Assembly: GCF_032191835.1 (NCBI RefSeq)
Contig: NC_083237.1
Location: 558,001-622,000, forward strand
Direction: 5' to 3'
Length of the DNA: 64,000 nucleotides
DNA from: Heteronotia binoei
Taxonomy: Eukaryota
Under the pieces are notes generated by a model that saw only the letters and a program-made list of their open reading frames with translations, had not been told where the DNA came from and did not search any database. Positions within the stretch are counted from its first letter, which is position 1. Each line of letters begins with the position of its first letter. Of the stretch, positions 20,658-32,694 are shown piece after piece. The position numbers were made by a program, and so were the translations under genes.

Positions 20658-23600
20658 ATGGAGTTTGTCACGGGCTACCGGGCAGAGATCCTGGACTTTG
20701 CAGAGCTGCTCTTTGGCTGGTATCGGCGCTTCCTGCTGGACTCGGCCGGCCGCGGGGGCAGCGAGAGGCGCAAGCGACAGGAAGCCTCCCTCCGGCGCCT
20801 GCCTCCGGATCCGGCCCTGTGGGTCTTGCACGTGCTGGCCAACCGCACCCTGGCCTTCACCATCCCCGACCCCGAGCAGCAGGTGGGGAGCCGCTTCTAC
20901 AGCGAGGAGGCGCTGGGCCTGAGGGATCTGGATCGCTTCATCACCTTCGTGAGCACCGGGGAGGAGGAGGAGGAAGAGGAGGCCGCACCCTCGGAGGCAG
21001 GTCAGTGATCCGGGGACGGAGGCTCCGCTCTCAACGTGCCCCACTGGAGGCACGCGCCCTGTGGCAGCCAACCTGTATGCACACCTGCCCCGTCCCTGCC
21101 TCTCTCCTCCCCCTGCAGCCCAGCCCCTCTGGCGCGTCGACCACCTCTTGCTCCTGACGGACGAGCACAGCACCATCCTGGGCTTCGACTTCTTGCTGGG
21201 GGGCCCATCGGGGGCCTCTGGGCGGGAGCCCCTAGAGGCCCGCGCTGTCGCTCTCCTCTGCCACAGCATGGCCTGCCCCCTGGGGGCTGGGGAGCCCCGC
21301 CGACCCAAGGCGCTCACTGTGGGAGACCCCGCCCTGCACAGGTGAGGAGGGAGCCCTGCTGGAGGGTGGGGAGCAGGGCAGAGCAAGAGCCCAGCTGGAG
21401 GCAGCTCTGAAGGCTTCTTGGGCTGAAACTGCAGGCCTGGTCCTATCCGCTGCTTTCTCTGCTCCAGAGAGGGGGGGCACAGTGCCTGCAACCTGCTGTT
21501 TTGGGGAGGGGCCCACCATTTCCCTTCCTCTCCCAAGCACCACCTTCCATGGCACAAACGCACAAAGGGCCTTTTGGGGGGCAGGAGACAAGGAGGGGTC
21601 GTTTTTTGCCTCCTGTTCATGCTCTCTCCCGTTTTGTGCATGAGCCCTGCTGGACCAGACCTGGGAGGGGCCATCGTGCCCAGCACCCTCCTCCCTCACA
21701 CGGTAGCCAATCCGTTCCTCTGGAGGGCCAATTGAAGCCGTGGCTTGATGGCCCTGGGATTCAGGGGCTGGCTGCCTCCCCACAGGGAGGTGCCCTGGAG
21801 ACCCTAAGCCCCTCTCTCTAAAGGCCATCTCTGCCTGGGGCACTTCAGCTCCTGGGTCATCGAGCCCCCTCACACGCCTGTCTTTGAGCTACTGGGGGCA
21901 CCGTTCAGACCAGCCAAGTTTAACTCTGGGTCTAGGCTTTTGTGAAAGTGAAAACGGGCCAGGGGCCGCTGCGGGGCTGGGGGCCGAAGCCCACCTTCTC
22001 CTTCCCCACCACGCGGGTGCTGAGCCTCAGGACAGGATGGGCCCCTCCTGGCCCTTTTCCTCCTCCTCTTGCAGGGCCCTGGAGCCGCAGCTCTCTCGGC
22101 TGGGAGTGAAAACGGGCCAGGGGCCGAAGCCCACCTTCACCTTCCCCACCACGCGCGTGCGAGCCTGCCACGTCTGCAAGCGGCACAGCTTCGAGGGCCA
22201 AGTCACCGCATGGTGAGCAGGTCCCTTTGGCCACAGGAGGGGCTGGCGCAGGGCTGGGCGAGTCTGGCACGGCCCGCTTTGCCCACCCACATGCCAGGGA
22301 GGAGCAGCCCTGAGATTTCGTGGGGCGTTCTTGCACTCCCGGGGCACGCTCTTTCTCGGGGGCCGACTTCCAGGGGGTGGCTGGAGCCCCCCAGGCAACA
22401 GAGAGCAGCTCCCCTGCAGAAAAGGGCCACTTTTGAAGGCCCCACCCAGGTCAGGCTCCACCCCCAAAGTCTCCAGGTATTTCCCCACCCAGAGCTGGCC
22501 CCCCTGCCTGCTCCCTCGCCTCAGCCTGGGGGGGCACAGAAGGGGGGTTGGGGAAGCCCAGACCGCTCCACCCCCACGTGCTTCTCTCTCTCTCTCCGGT
22601 GCCCCCCCCCCCGCAGCCAGCACTGCCAGGCCGTCCTCTACTGCTCCGAACGGTGCCGCAAGCTGGACTGGAGTCGCAGCCCTGAGGACATCGGCCACCA
22701 GTTCTGGTGCCAGCGCATGGCCAGGTATATGAGCCACGCCCCGGAGCTCGCCAACCTGCCCTTCACCTTCACCACAGGTGAGGAGTCCTGCCGGGCGCGG
22801 AAGAACCTGGCCTGGCTGCTGCAAGGGGGGCAGCCAGAGGGCCATGAATGAGACTGGGTGGGAAGCAGGGGGGGATGGGACTCACCTCTCCCTCTCCCCT
22901 CCCCTGTGCAGAGGTGACCAGTGAGAATTTCAACAAGGAAGGCTTCCTGTCTGCCCGGGGCCTGACCCGAGGATACTGGGCCGGGGAGAGCATGCTGGTC
23001 CGGGCGCCTGACTACGGCGTGGGGCTGCTGGGGGGCAGCAGTGGGGCTGAGGAGCCCCTGACCTTCCTGCACAGTGGTGAGAGGAGAGCGAATGGGGGAG
23101 GGCTTGGGAGAGCCCCCTCCTCAAGTAGGGCAGAGATGGAGCAAAGGACGGCTGCCGCTTCTGGGGGCTCATGCCCTCCCCAAAGGGCTCCACTCCACAG
23201 CCCCCCCCCCCCCGGCCCAGTCCCAGGGGCTGCTGCCTCTCCCAGGGCTCTCAAGAGCTGACCCGGCTCTTCTCACAGGGAACCCCTTTGAGGGCCTGCG
23301 GCCAGAAGGAGGGACAGCTCTGCCCCCCGCCCCCTCGGAGCCCCCAGCCCCACGGACCTTCTTCGGTGAGTCGGGCTGACAAGGAAGGGGGCAGTGGCTG
23401 CTGACGGGGGGAGGCAGCCCGGTCGCTGACCCCCCCGGCTCTCCCCCCCCTCCGCAACCACAGGCTCCTGGAAAGAATACTACCAGTGGCGGGGCCTGCC
23501 CCTGGGGGCCCCCCTGGCCGTCCTCCTCAGCTACCCCCTGACCGCCTACTACATCATCACCCAGCTGGCCCCCCAGCACTGTGAGTACCCCGGGAGGAGG

Positions 23601-26600
23601 CAGGGGGCCCCCCCAGACAGGAAGGGTCTCCAGGCCTCCTGGCCGCCCAGCCGGAGCCAGAGACGGGGGTGGGGGGGAGGAGCCAGAGGGAGTCCTGATA
23701 AGAGTGCTGGATGTGCACCCCCCCGCCCCGCACCCAGTGTCTCAGAGCAGCTCACAATCTCCTTTCCCTTCCTCCCCCACAACAGACACCCTGTGAGGTG
23801 GGTGGGGCTGAGAGGGCTCTCCCAGCAGCTGCCTTTTCAAGGACAACCTCTGCCAGAGCTATGGCTGACCCAAGGCCATTCCAGCAGGTGCAAGTGGAGG
23901 AGGGGGGAATCAAACCCAGATGTCCCACATAAGAGTCTGCGCACTTCACCACTTTCCCTCCAGAAGGCCGCAGAGGGGACCCCCCCCTCGCCCCCCACAA
24001 GCTTGGCTGGTCTTCCAGATGCGACAGGAGGAAGCCCCCCCCAGCCCGCGCGGGGGGGCGGAGGGGGCAGCAGGCTTCTTCCTTCTCCCGGAGGGGGCGC
24101 AGCCAGCCAGTCCCGCTGCTTTCAGTTCCAGAGCTGAACATCCTGAACAAGCAGTCGCTCCGCATCCACGTGGTCGAGGCGGGCAGGGAGTTCGGCGTCC
24201 TCATGGTCTTCTGGGTGGGTCCTGGCGGGGGGGCAGCTGGGCCTCCGGCGCTTTCCCCGGGGAAGGGGCGCCCGCACCGCAGGCAGTGGCCCCTCCCGCC
24301 CAGGCCCTCTGCGCAGATGGGGAGGGGCAAACGGGGGTGCAAAGAGCCCGTTCCCAACCCCCCGCCCGCTCACCCGGGAGAGGGCCGGGAGCTCTGGGAC
24401 TGCCGCTGCTGCGACTTCTGACAGGGCTCCGCCCCACCGGTGCCAGCCTCGGCGCTGGGCCTGACCTCCGCCTCCCCCCGCAGGAGCTGTCGGTCCTCCT
24501 GCCTCACGTCTCCCTGGAGCTGCTCTTTGTGGGGGGCGCCCTGCCCCCCGAGCTCGACGGCCAGCAGTTCCTTCTGCAAAGAGACGTGAGTCCCCCCCCC
24601 CTCCTTGCTGGCTGCAAAGGAAGGCAGAGAAGGCGGCCTCCCCTCGGCGCCCCGCCCCGCCTGCTCTCTGCTGTGGGGGGGAGGGGGCTGGGCTCTCTGG
24701 CCCTTGTGCCCCCCAGTCCCTCCCCCGGGTTTCGGACCCGCTCTCCGCAGTCTGCCTCCCTCCTGAGACCACTCACTCCATGCGCTTCTCTCCCCGCAGG
24801 AGGACCAGGGCGTCTCGGTGCAGGCTGGGGGAGCGGCCAGATCCAAAGGGGGCCGCCGGGAGCTGCAGCTGGGCTTCAGTGCCCGCCCCTACCACCTCCT
24901 GCAGGCCCCCAAGCCCGACCTGGTCATCGGTGAGCGGAGGCTGGACGTGGCTTCCCCGGGAGGGGGGGCTGGAGCTCCTGGGCGGGGAGGGGGGAGGAGA
25001 GGAGAGGAGAGGAGAGGCCCAGGCTGGCCCTGACCTCAGGCCCCTCTCCCCGCCCAGGGTTCAACTCTGGCTTTGCCCTCAAAGAGACTTGGCTGAGTTC
25101 TCTGCCTCGACTCCAGGTAAGTCTCCTCCCCCCCCCCCAAGACTGTCCCCTCAAATGAATCCCCTTCCATGGGGGGACCCCCCCCCAGACCTGGCATTCT
25201 GAAGGAAAGGGCTTCTGCCAGCCCAGTCAGCCACTGCCTGCACTCCTGCCTGCCTTCTGTCCCCCCCCCCCTCAAGCTTCCCACAAACTCTGTGGAACTG
25301 AATGATTCAAGGGCACTTTTCTACAACAGCAAGAGAGTCACGGAATCCTAGAGTTGGGCCATCTACTCCAACCCCCTGCACAAGGCAGGAACTTCACAAA
25401 CACCTCTCCCGCCACCCCCAACACACACACACCCAGTGACCCCCTGCCCCAGGCGATGGCCAAGCAATCCCCCACCACCCTGCAAACTGGCCTGGAGAGA
25501 AACTGACCCCAAAGTGGCAATCAGCATTTCCCTGGGTATGAAAGAACTAAGCCCTCATGCAGCCCTTCCTGCCTGAATTCACAGGATCCTCATTGCTGTC
25601 AGGTGGCCATCCAGCATCTGCTTAAAAACCTCCAAGGAAGGAGAGCCCACCACCTCCCAAGGAAGCCTGTTCCACTGAGGAACTGCTCTAATGGTCAGGA
25701 AGTTCTTCCTAATAGAATCATAGAGTTGGAAGGGACCTCTAGGGTCATCTAGTCCAACCCCCTGCACAATGCAGGAAACTCACAAACACCTCCCCCTAAA
25801 TTCACAGGATCCTCATTGCTGTCAGAGGGCCATCCAGCCTCTGCTTAAAAGCCTCCAAGGAAGGAGAGCCCACCACCTCCCCAGGAGGAAGCCTTTTCCA
25901 CTGCACTGAATGATTTGGTTGCAGTTTCTAAATGATTCACAAAGCTTCTTGGATAGATGATTAGGGACTGTGGTCTCAACTACTGTGTGTAGCTGGATGA
26001 CACCAGGATCTTAGGATGGGATTTTGAGTCACCTGCCTCGCCTGCTCTTAGATTTCTGGTTGATTCAACAAATCCCATTGCATTGTTCATGGGAATGGCC
26101 CGTTCTGTCAACAGTACGGTCTCCATCTGTGCAATCGAGCTGGAGTCTAAGCAAGAAAAGCAAACTTTGAATAAGATGAAGGAAGGAAGAAATTTTACCT
26201 TGAGTGTTTGTCCAAAGAGATATGCTGGCCTCAACCGCAACATTTCCCCAGGTGGAACGGTGAAGCCCAGCACTGTTATCCAAACCATCAGGCCGTCCAG
26301 TCTTCGCACGATTCCAGAGGGGGCATATTTGTAGCAAGGGGCGTTTGTCCACACTGAGGTTTCAATTCACAATTTGAAAACCTGAATTTCCCATGGGAAC
26401 TCTGGAGGGGGGTCATGGGTGTTTCTGCCGGATGTGATCTGGCCTGGTCCTCTTTCACACCCAGACCCACGAGCAAAGGGGCCCCGTGATGTCTGGGCCC
26501 CACAATGATATGTACCCCTCTGGCTGGGGCCCCACTTTGAGATGGGCCAGCAAGAGATGCCTCTCCCAGAGGGGCTCTGGGCTTCTCTCCACCTCTGCCC

Positions 26601-27441
26601 CCTTTTCTGTCTCTGCCCGCAGTCCCTTCGGGTCCCGGCCTACTTCACCGAATGCAGCGAATACAGCTGTGCTGTGGATGAGGCAGCTGTCTCCATGGCA
26701 ACGGGGGGCACTGCCAGCCCCGCCCACATGAACCCCTTCCGCTCACCCTTTCGCCAAGCTGGCATCGACAACGCCATGCCCTGGTGGGTGCCAAACTTAC
26801 CTCTCTCTCCCCAAAGGGGATCTTCTCCTTGGGCTGCACCTGCCCACTGTGGGTGGGCTGACATGGGGGACCACTGACCCACACTTGGTTGATGCCGGAC
26901 AACTGATGGGGGGGGCTAAGCATAAGCCTCCCTCTCTCCAACCAATTCCCCCATCTACACCTACCTGTCTGGTGAAGTGGTTACATTTTTGCAGACTCTA
27001 ATCTGGGAGAACCAGGTTCAATTCCCCACTCCTTCACATGAAGCTGCTGAAGTGACCTTGGGGCAGTCATAACTCTCTCAGAGTTGTTCTCTCAAGAGCA
27101 GTTTCTGTCAGAGTTTTCTCAGCCCCACCCACCTCACAAGGTGTCTGTTGTGGGGAGGGGAAGGGACAGGAGACTGGAAGCCGCTCTGAGCCTCCTTCGA
27201 GTGGTGAAGGGTGGGGTATAAATCCAATCTCTTCTTTTGCCCCTTTGACCTCTGACCTTTCCTCACCAGGTACGCCAATGCCTTCATCTTCCACCTGATC
27301 TACAAGGCGGCCACCACCAACCACCGCCAGACTCCTGCCCCGCCTTCCCCGCCTCTGCCAGCCAATGGCAACCCGGAACCCACACGTAGCCGGCGCAAGG
27401 AGAAGAGGCAGGCCCGCACTGGAGGGCGCCGGCGCAAATGA
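20658..27441 (+). CDS. ZMYND15: Zinc finger MYND-type containing 15 (648 aa, 13 coding exons)
   Basis: Starts MEFVTGYRAEILDFAELLFGWYRRF (recalled human MEFVSGYRDEFLDFTALLFGWFRKF). Exons 20658-21000, 21119-21341, 22075-22212, 22617-22777, 22912-23076, 23279-23365, 23464-23580, 24126-24214, 24484-24585, 24800-24929, 25058-25116, 26623-26783, 27270-27441 are all GT-AG and phase-consistent (1947 nt). MYND finger CHVC...CQHC...YCSERC...H...C. AATAAA at 27463. Confidence 0.95.
21948..22020 (+). repeat. Intronic partial copy of ZMYND15 coding exon 3
   Basis: gtgaaaacgggccaggggccg[ctgcggggctgggggccg]aagcccaccttctccttccccaccacgcgggtgc matches exon sequence at ~22106-22160, with an extra 18 nt. Confidence 0.85.
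23740..23955 (-). mobile_element. Squam3-like SINE
   Basis: Reverse complement of the family found at 9720 and 48700. Confidence 0.7.
25345..25902 (-). mobile_element. Two tandem CR1 3' fragments in ZMYND15 intron 11
   Basis: Two starts of the (c)atagagttgg...tagtccaaccccctgcac tail motif, near 25345 and 25713. Confidence 0.8.
25905..26400 (+). other. Lower-GC coding-like insert; possible endogenous bornavirus-like nucleoprotein (EBLN) fragment
   Basis: The + frame is open from 25993 to 26334 (LDDTRILGWDFESPASPALRFLVDSTNPIALFMGM...KMKE...TIPEGAYL*). Short motifs are collinear with the recalled Borna disease virus N protein. The alignment needs frameshifts and gaps and was not database-verified. 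Confidence 0.35.
26945..27235 (+). mobile_element. Squam3-like SINE
   Basis: tctggtgaagtggtt...gcagactctaatctgggagaaccaggttcaattcccc ... gggtataaatccaat. Confidence 0.7.
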
Positions 27442-27799
27442 TGCTTGTGGGGAGGGAGAAGAAATAAAGGAGGGGACCTCCCACAGTCTCCTTGTGTCCT
27501 TCTGAGCCCCCAAACCTGGCAGTGGCCATGGACAGCTATAATATATTATAGAGGGTTCCACGCAGTGATGAGGCCAGGTGGTAGTGAACAGCATCAGATA
27601 GGGCTGCACTCAAAGACCAACTCCTGGGCCAACTACATATACATTCCAGGTTCCCGCACTAGCGTCCTATTGGACCATTCAAACCAGCAAGAGGGCCATG
27701 ATTGGAGCAGGGCAGCAGGGGTTTGGATCCTCTTGCCCACTGTTCCCGAGTCCCCGAGCTCAGCCCGTCAGGCACCAATGAGCCAGGCAAGAACTCCAT

Positions 27800-28270
27800 A
27801 TAGACACATGATTGCTCTGGGAAGACCTCGCCTGGAGTCTGGTGTTCAGTTTTGGGTACCACATTTTAAGAAGGATCTAGACAAGCTGGAACGGGTCCAG
27901 AGGAGGGCGACAAAGATGGTGAGGGTCTGGAGACCAAGTCCTATGAGGAAAGGTTGAAGGAGCTGGGCATGTTTAGCCTGGAGAGGAGGCGGCTGAGAGG
28001 TGATACGATCACCATCTTCAAGGACTTGAAGGGCTGTCCTATAGAGGATGGTGTGGAATTGTTTTCTGTGGCCCTGAAAAGTAGGACCAGAACCAACGGG
28101 TTGAAATTAAATCAGAAGAGCTTCCGGCTCAACATTAGGAAGAACTTCCTGACCGTTAGAGCGGTTCCTCAGTGGAACAGGCTTCCTTGGGAGGTGGTGG
28201 GCTCTCCTTCCTTGGAGGTTTTTCAACAGAGGCTAGATGGCCCTCTGACAGTGATGAAGATCCTGTGAAT
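27800..28270 (+). mobile_element. CR1 ORF2 C-terminal fragment
   Basis: [33 protein letters not shown] followed by [28 protein letters not shown]... Confidence 0.9.
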
Positions 28271-29321
28271 TAGGCAGATAATGAGAGGGAAGGCCTGTAT
28301 CAGGGCTTAGTTCTCGTGGCCTTTCTTCCATGCCCAGGGAAATGCCAATCTCCACTTTTCTCCAGGCCGTTTGGCCTGGGATCCTGGAGGTGTCCCCCCC
28401 CCCCCCGCCATCTTTTGAGCAAGGAGCAGGTGTTAGTGGGGGTGGGGAGGTATTTGTGAAATCTGTGCAGGGGGCTAGACTAGATGACTTGGAGGTCCCT
28501 TCCAACTATGATTCTATGTGGAGGGAGGTGGTGTCTGCAGAGGACAGAGTTTGGCCAGGAGAGGGAGCTCAGTGTGTGTGTGTGGGGGGGGTGTCTTTAC
28601 TCTGGGACTTCCCCATCCTCTCTCCAAAGTGGCCCTGCAGGTATTGGGGGGGGGGGAGCACATCAGCTCAGCCAGCAGCTGGGGGAGGGGCTTCAGGGGG
28701 AAGAGAAAGCTCCCTTAAAAAGCAAAAGCCGCCCAGGTGTTTTCTTTTTCCCCTTTTTGTTCTGCAAAGACCAGAGCCTCCTGCTTGGAAAGGCAGCACT
28801 TGGAGCAGGAAGAGAGGAGAGGGGAGCTCGACTTTGGGAGTGACTAGAGGGCACCGAACACACCTGCCAAGGGGGGCTGCTCAGGCGGGTGAGGCTGGAC
28901 AGGCTGGGGCTCCACACAGAGCATCCCCCACCCCCAGTGCCTTAGCTTTGTACAGCCTCCTGTCCTTTGCATTCAGGCAGCTGCCTTGCTCACAACAGCC
29001 CTGCAGAGGAGATGGATCACAGAATCCTGGAGTTGCAAAAGACCTCCAGGGCCATCTAGTCCAACCCCCTGCACAAGGCAGGAAACTCACAACGACCTCC
29101 CCACACAACCCCCCCCCCTGTGGCTCCTACTCCCCCTGCAGAACACCTTGTGGTCCCCGCCAGGAGGGAGGGGAGGGGAAGGGCTGTGGGACTCCTGGCC
29201 ACTGGAACGTCCTGTGGGGCCCCGGCTGGGACAGGCCTTGGTGCCTCTCCCCCAGGAGCTGCTCTGGCCCGGCGGAGGGAGAGGCGAAGGCAGGGATAGA
29301 GGAGGAGGTGGCAGCTCTTCC

Positions 29322-29342
29322 AGCCCTTTGCCCGCCTTATCT
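29322..29342 (+). promoter_or_regulatory. HNF4-like DR1 plus GATA site upstream of TM4SF5
   Basis: AGCCCTTTGCCC (reverse complement GGGCAAAGGGCT) next to CTTATCT, ~80-100 bp before the ATG. This fits the known liver/gut expression of TM4SF5. Confidence 0.35.
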
Positions 29343-29421
29343 GCTGTGAACCAACACCCACGCCCAGGCCTCCCTCCGCGCCACTGTCCTCCTGCTGCCC
29401 ACTCTGCCACTGCCGCCCGCC

Positions 29422-32006
29422 ATGTGCACGGGCAAGTGCTCCCGTCTGCTCGGCCTCTCCCTGCTGGCCATGGCCTTCGCCTGCATCGTGGCCAATGTCC
29501 TGCTGATGTTCCCCAACGGAGAGAGCCACTGGCCGGCCGGCCGCATCACCTGGCAAGTCTGGCTGCTGGGGGGGCTCCTGGGCGGGGGCCTGATGGTGAG
29601 TCCCTCCCCGCCCCGGCTGCTCCCTCCCTCCCTCCCTCGGGCACCTTTTCCCTGCCACGCTGGAGGGGGTGGCTCATGGGGGGGGGGGTCCTTGGATTTC
29701 CAGACCCCAAAGGAAGGCGCCAACACCTGTGGGGGGGGGAGGGGGCAGACTGGCTTCCTGGAGACCTGGATTCTGCCCGGCTTGTTCCGTGGGGCGTCTC
29801 TGCGACCAGGCCAGGCCTGAGAGTCTGGGGCAGGGGCTCTGGGGATGCCAGCCCCCCGGGTGGGGGTGGGGGGGATGGACTTTGGGATCCCCTGGAAGGA
29901 CAGCTTCTCTCCAGGCTCGAGAGGCCGTCTCCTGGAGGAAACTGGTGCTTTGGACTCCTCCCCAGGTTCCGCCCCCAAATCTCCCAGAGTCTCTCCGCCT
30001 CCAGGTGGCAACCCCACCAGTGGTCCCTTACACCCGGAGGCGTGACAAATAGGTTCGCTTGACCGAGGGTGGGGGGAGGATGAAACCCACCGATCTGGCA
30101 GGGCCCCTGCTGCTGGGGGGGCAGCTCTGGAGGGCCCCGCCCAGGCTCCCTCCGCCTGCCCTCCTCCCGGTGGACTTTGAGCCAACTCAGCCCCCCCAAC
30201 CGCCGCCCCCCAAGATAAGAGGCTTCAATTTATCGTCATGCGGCCGGGGGGGGGCGGGGAGGGCAGCGGAACCTTCCTGGGGCCCCCCCTCAAGGGTTGC
30301 CGCTTCCGGGATGGGGGGCAGGGCTTGGGGAGGGGGCGGGCCGGGGCGGGATCAGGTAAGGCCACAAAGCCCCCCCCCCCGCAAAGCTGCGTTTTCTCCT
30401 GCAGGGGAAGGGCTCTCAGGTTCCGGGAGATCTCCAGGTCCCCCCTGGAGGCCGAGAGCCGTGGGGCGCCCTCTGGCAGTGGGTGAACGGGGGCTCCTGC
30501 AGGGGCTGCGCTGAGGGGGGGCGCCTGACCCTCTCTCTCCCCCTCGCCTGGCAGGTCCTCTGCACCGGCTGCTCGGTGGTGCGCGCCGGAGGGAAGGGCT
30601 GCTGCGGCTACGGCTGTTGCGGGAACCGATGCCGGGTAGGCGTCTCGCCGGCGGGGAGGGCAGTGACCCGCGAATGGCTGCGGTGGCCCTTGCAGGCGGC
30701 CTTCCCCCTAAGTGGGGGGGGGCTGCTGAAGAGGGAGGGAGGGGGCAGCCCCGGGGGACGCGGGCGCTGGGTTGGCAAGGCAAGGGCCCTCGACGGACGG
30801 CCTGCCCGGCCCGGCCTCTACGCAGCACCCCCGGGCCCCCCCCCGGGCGGTGGGGTCGGGAGGGGGCAGCAGGGGGCCCGGCCGGCTCCCCGGGAGCTCC
30901 GAGGGACTCTCGCCTCCCCCCCCCCCCCCCGCAGACACGTCGTGCGTCCCTCCGCCTTCCTCCTTGGGCCGTCGAGTCTGGCTCGGCTCAGGCCAGGCCG
31001 GCGGGCCTCTTTGGGGCGGGTGGGAGCGAACGAGCGCCGTCTCCTAGCCTTGCCTTGCGGGCTGCAGATGCTGAACTCGGTCTTCTGTTCGGCCTTCGGG
31101 GCGCTGGGGGGGCTCTACTGCCTGTCGGTGGCGTCGAGCGGCCTGGCCAAGGGGCCCTGGTGCGAGACGGCGGACGGCGAGTGGAGGGCGCCCTTCCAGG
31201 ACCTCAGGTGAGGGGGGCGGTGGCGCAGCGGGAGGGGGAGATTGGTGCAGCCCCCCCCCCCGATCTCAGCATCCCTCCTCCTCTCCCCCCACCCCGCCAG
31301 TGTGAGCTACCTGAGCAACCAGACCCTGTGGGAGCAGTGCGTGAACCCCCCCAACGTGGTGCTCTGGAACGTGGTGCTCTTCTCCATCCTGCTGGCGCTG
31401 GGCGCCCTGGAGGTGCTGCTGTGCGGGATCCAAGTGGTGAACGGCCTCCTGGGCACCGTGTGCGGGGACTGCCGCAAAGCAGCTGACCGCGGGGTAAGAG
31501 GGACTGAAGAGGGCCAGCTCCCAGAATGGGGGGGAGCAGTCTGGCACCCCAGGCACGGCTGACTTCTGGCACCCCCTCCCCCCCGCAGACACACACACAC
31601 ACAGATAATGTCACCAAGCCAATTTAGCACCCCTAGAAGGCTGGCACCCTAGGCAGCCACCTAGATTGCAACCACTGGGAAGGGATTCCTCGCCTCAGGC
31701 TAGAGGAAGATCCAGAGGGGGGCAGCAGGACAGGAGGGAGGGTCTGGAGGCCTCTTGCCTAGAAATCCCACCACCACCACCCCCACCCCCCGCCAGCCCT
31801 TTCACTTCCTTCACCACACCTGAAAGGTTTGCTCAGTGTGTTCCGCTCTGATGTTTGTGAACATTCTGTGACTCCAAAGCAACTCCTGGGGGGGCGGGGC
31901 TGACACCTGCCGGGGGGGGGCCACAAGGTCCCCCCTCTCCCAATAACGGTGAGTTCTGCATCCTGATGGCTGCTGTGGTTTTCTCTGGCAGGGCGAAGGG
32001 CTGTGA
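29422..32006 (+). CDS. TM4SF5: Transmembrane 4 L six family member 5 (200 aa)
   Basis: [14 protein letters not shown]...GGGLM|[27 protein letters not shown]|[11 protein letters not shown]... Exons 29422-29595, 30555-30635, 31068-31207, 31301-31493 and a probable last exon 31992-32006 (GEGL*). AATAAA at 32120. Confidence 0.95.
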
Positions 32007-32694
32007 GACTGCAGCACACAACGGCAAACACTCCTGCCCCCTCCCCCTCCCTCCCCACTGGACAGCTGCGGCGCACTTTGCATGAGGGCTTCTTTATTGG
32101 ACAGTCCATCCGGGACAGAAATAAACCTCTCTGGTTGTGATGTCAGAGCCTGGAGACTGCGGGGGTGGGGGGGGGAGGTCCTGGGGGAGAGCTGTGGGGT
32201 GGGGACTGAAATCCGCTCTGGAATTGGGGAGGGGGAACCTGGCCGTGTGGGAAAAGGCCTTTCCTACCCCTGCGCCAGGGCCTAAGATGACAGCAGTTGG
32301 GGGGGGCAGAGTCTTCTGAGGGCACACTCTGAAGCTGTAAGTGGAGACTGCAAAGTGGGAGGGGGCACATCAGGGTGAATTAACAGAGACATGGCTGCAA
32401 TGGGGAATGGCTGTACGGTGGACAAGAAGACTCTCTACACGTGCTCTGAGGCAGCTCATTCCGAGATGAGCCCTAGCAAGATCTGGGCAAACACTCTGTG
32501 CATGCTCAGAGGCACTCTCAGCACAGGTTCTCAGGTGAGCAGGGGGTCCTGGGGGGGGGGGTCGGCTGTTGGAGCTGGAGAAGGGGCCCTCGGCCAGGGT
32601 GGTGGCTTCAAGGCCCTTCAGGACAGGAGGGGGGGGCAAACCCATATGGAATGTCCCCCAGGGGTGGGGGGGGGCTTCTTCCCTCTAGGTGGGC

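Noticed and set aside
20337-24933. Long ORFs on both strands across ZMYND15
   Set aside because: These are read-through of exons into GC-rich introns, or antisense shadows.
28330-31486. Multiple 240-360 aa ORFs around TM4SF5
   Set aside because: GC-rich stop-poor frames; the real coding portions are the TM4SF5 exons.
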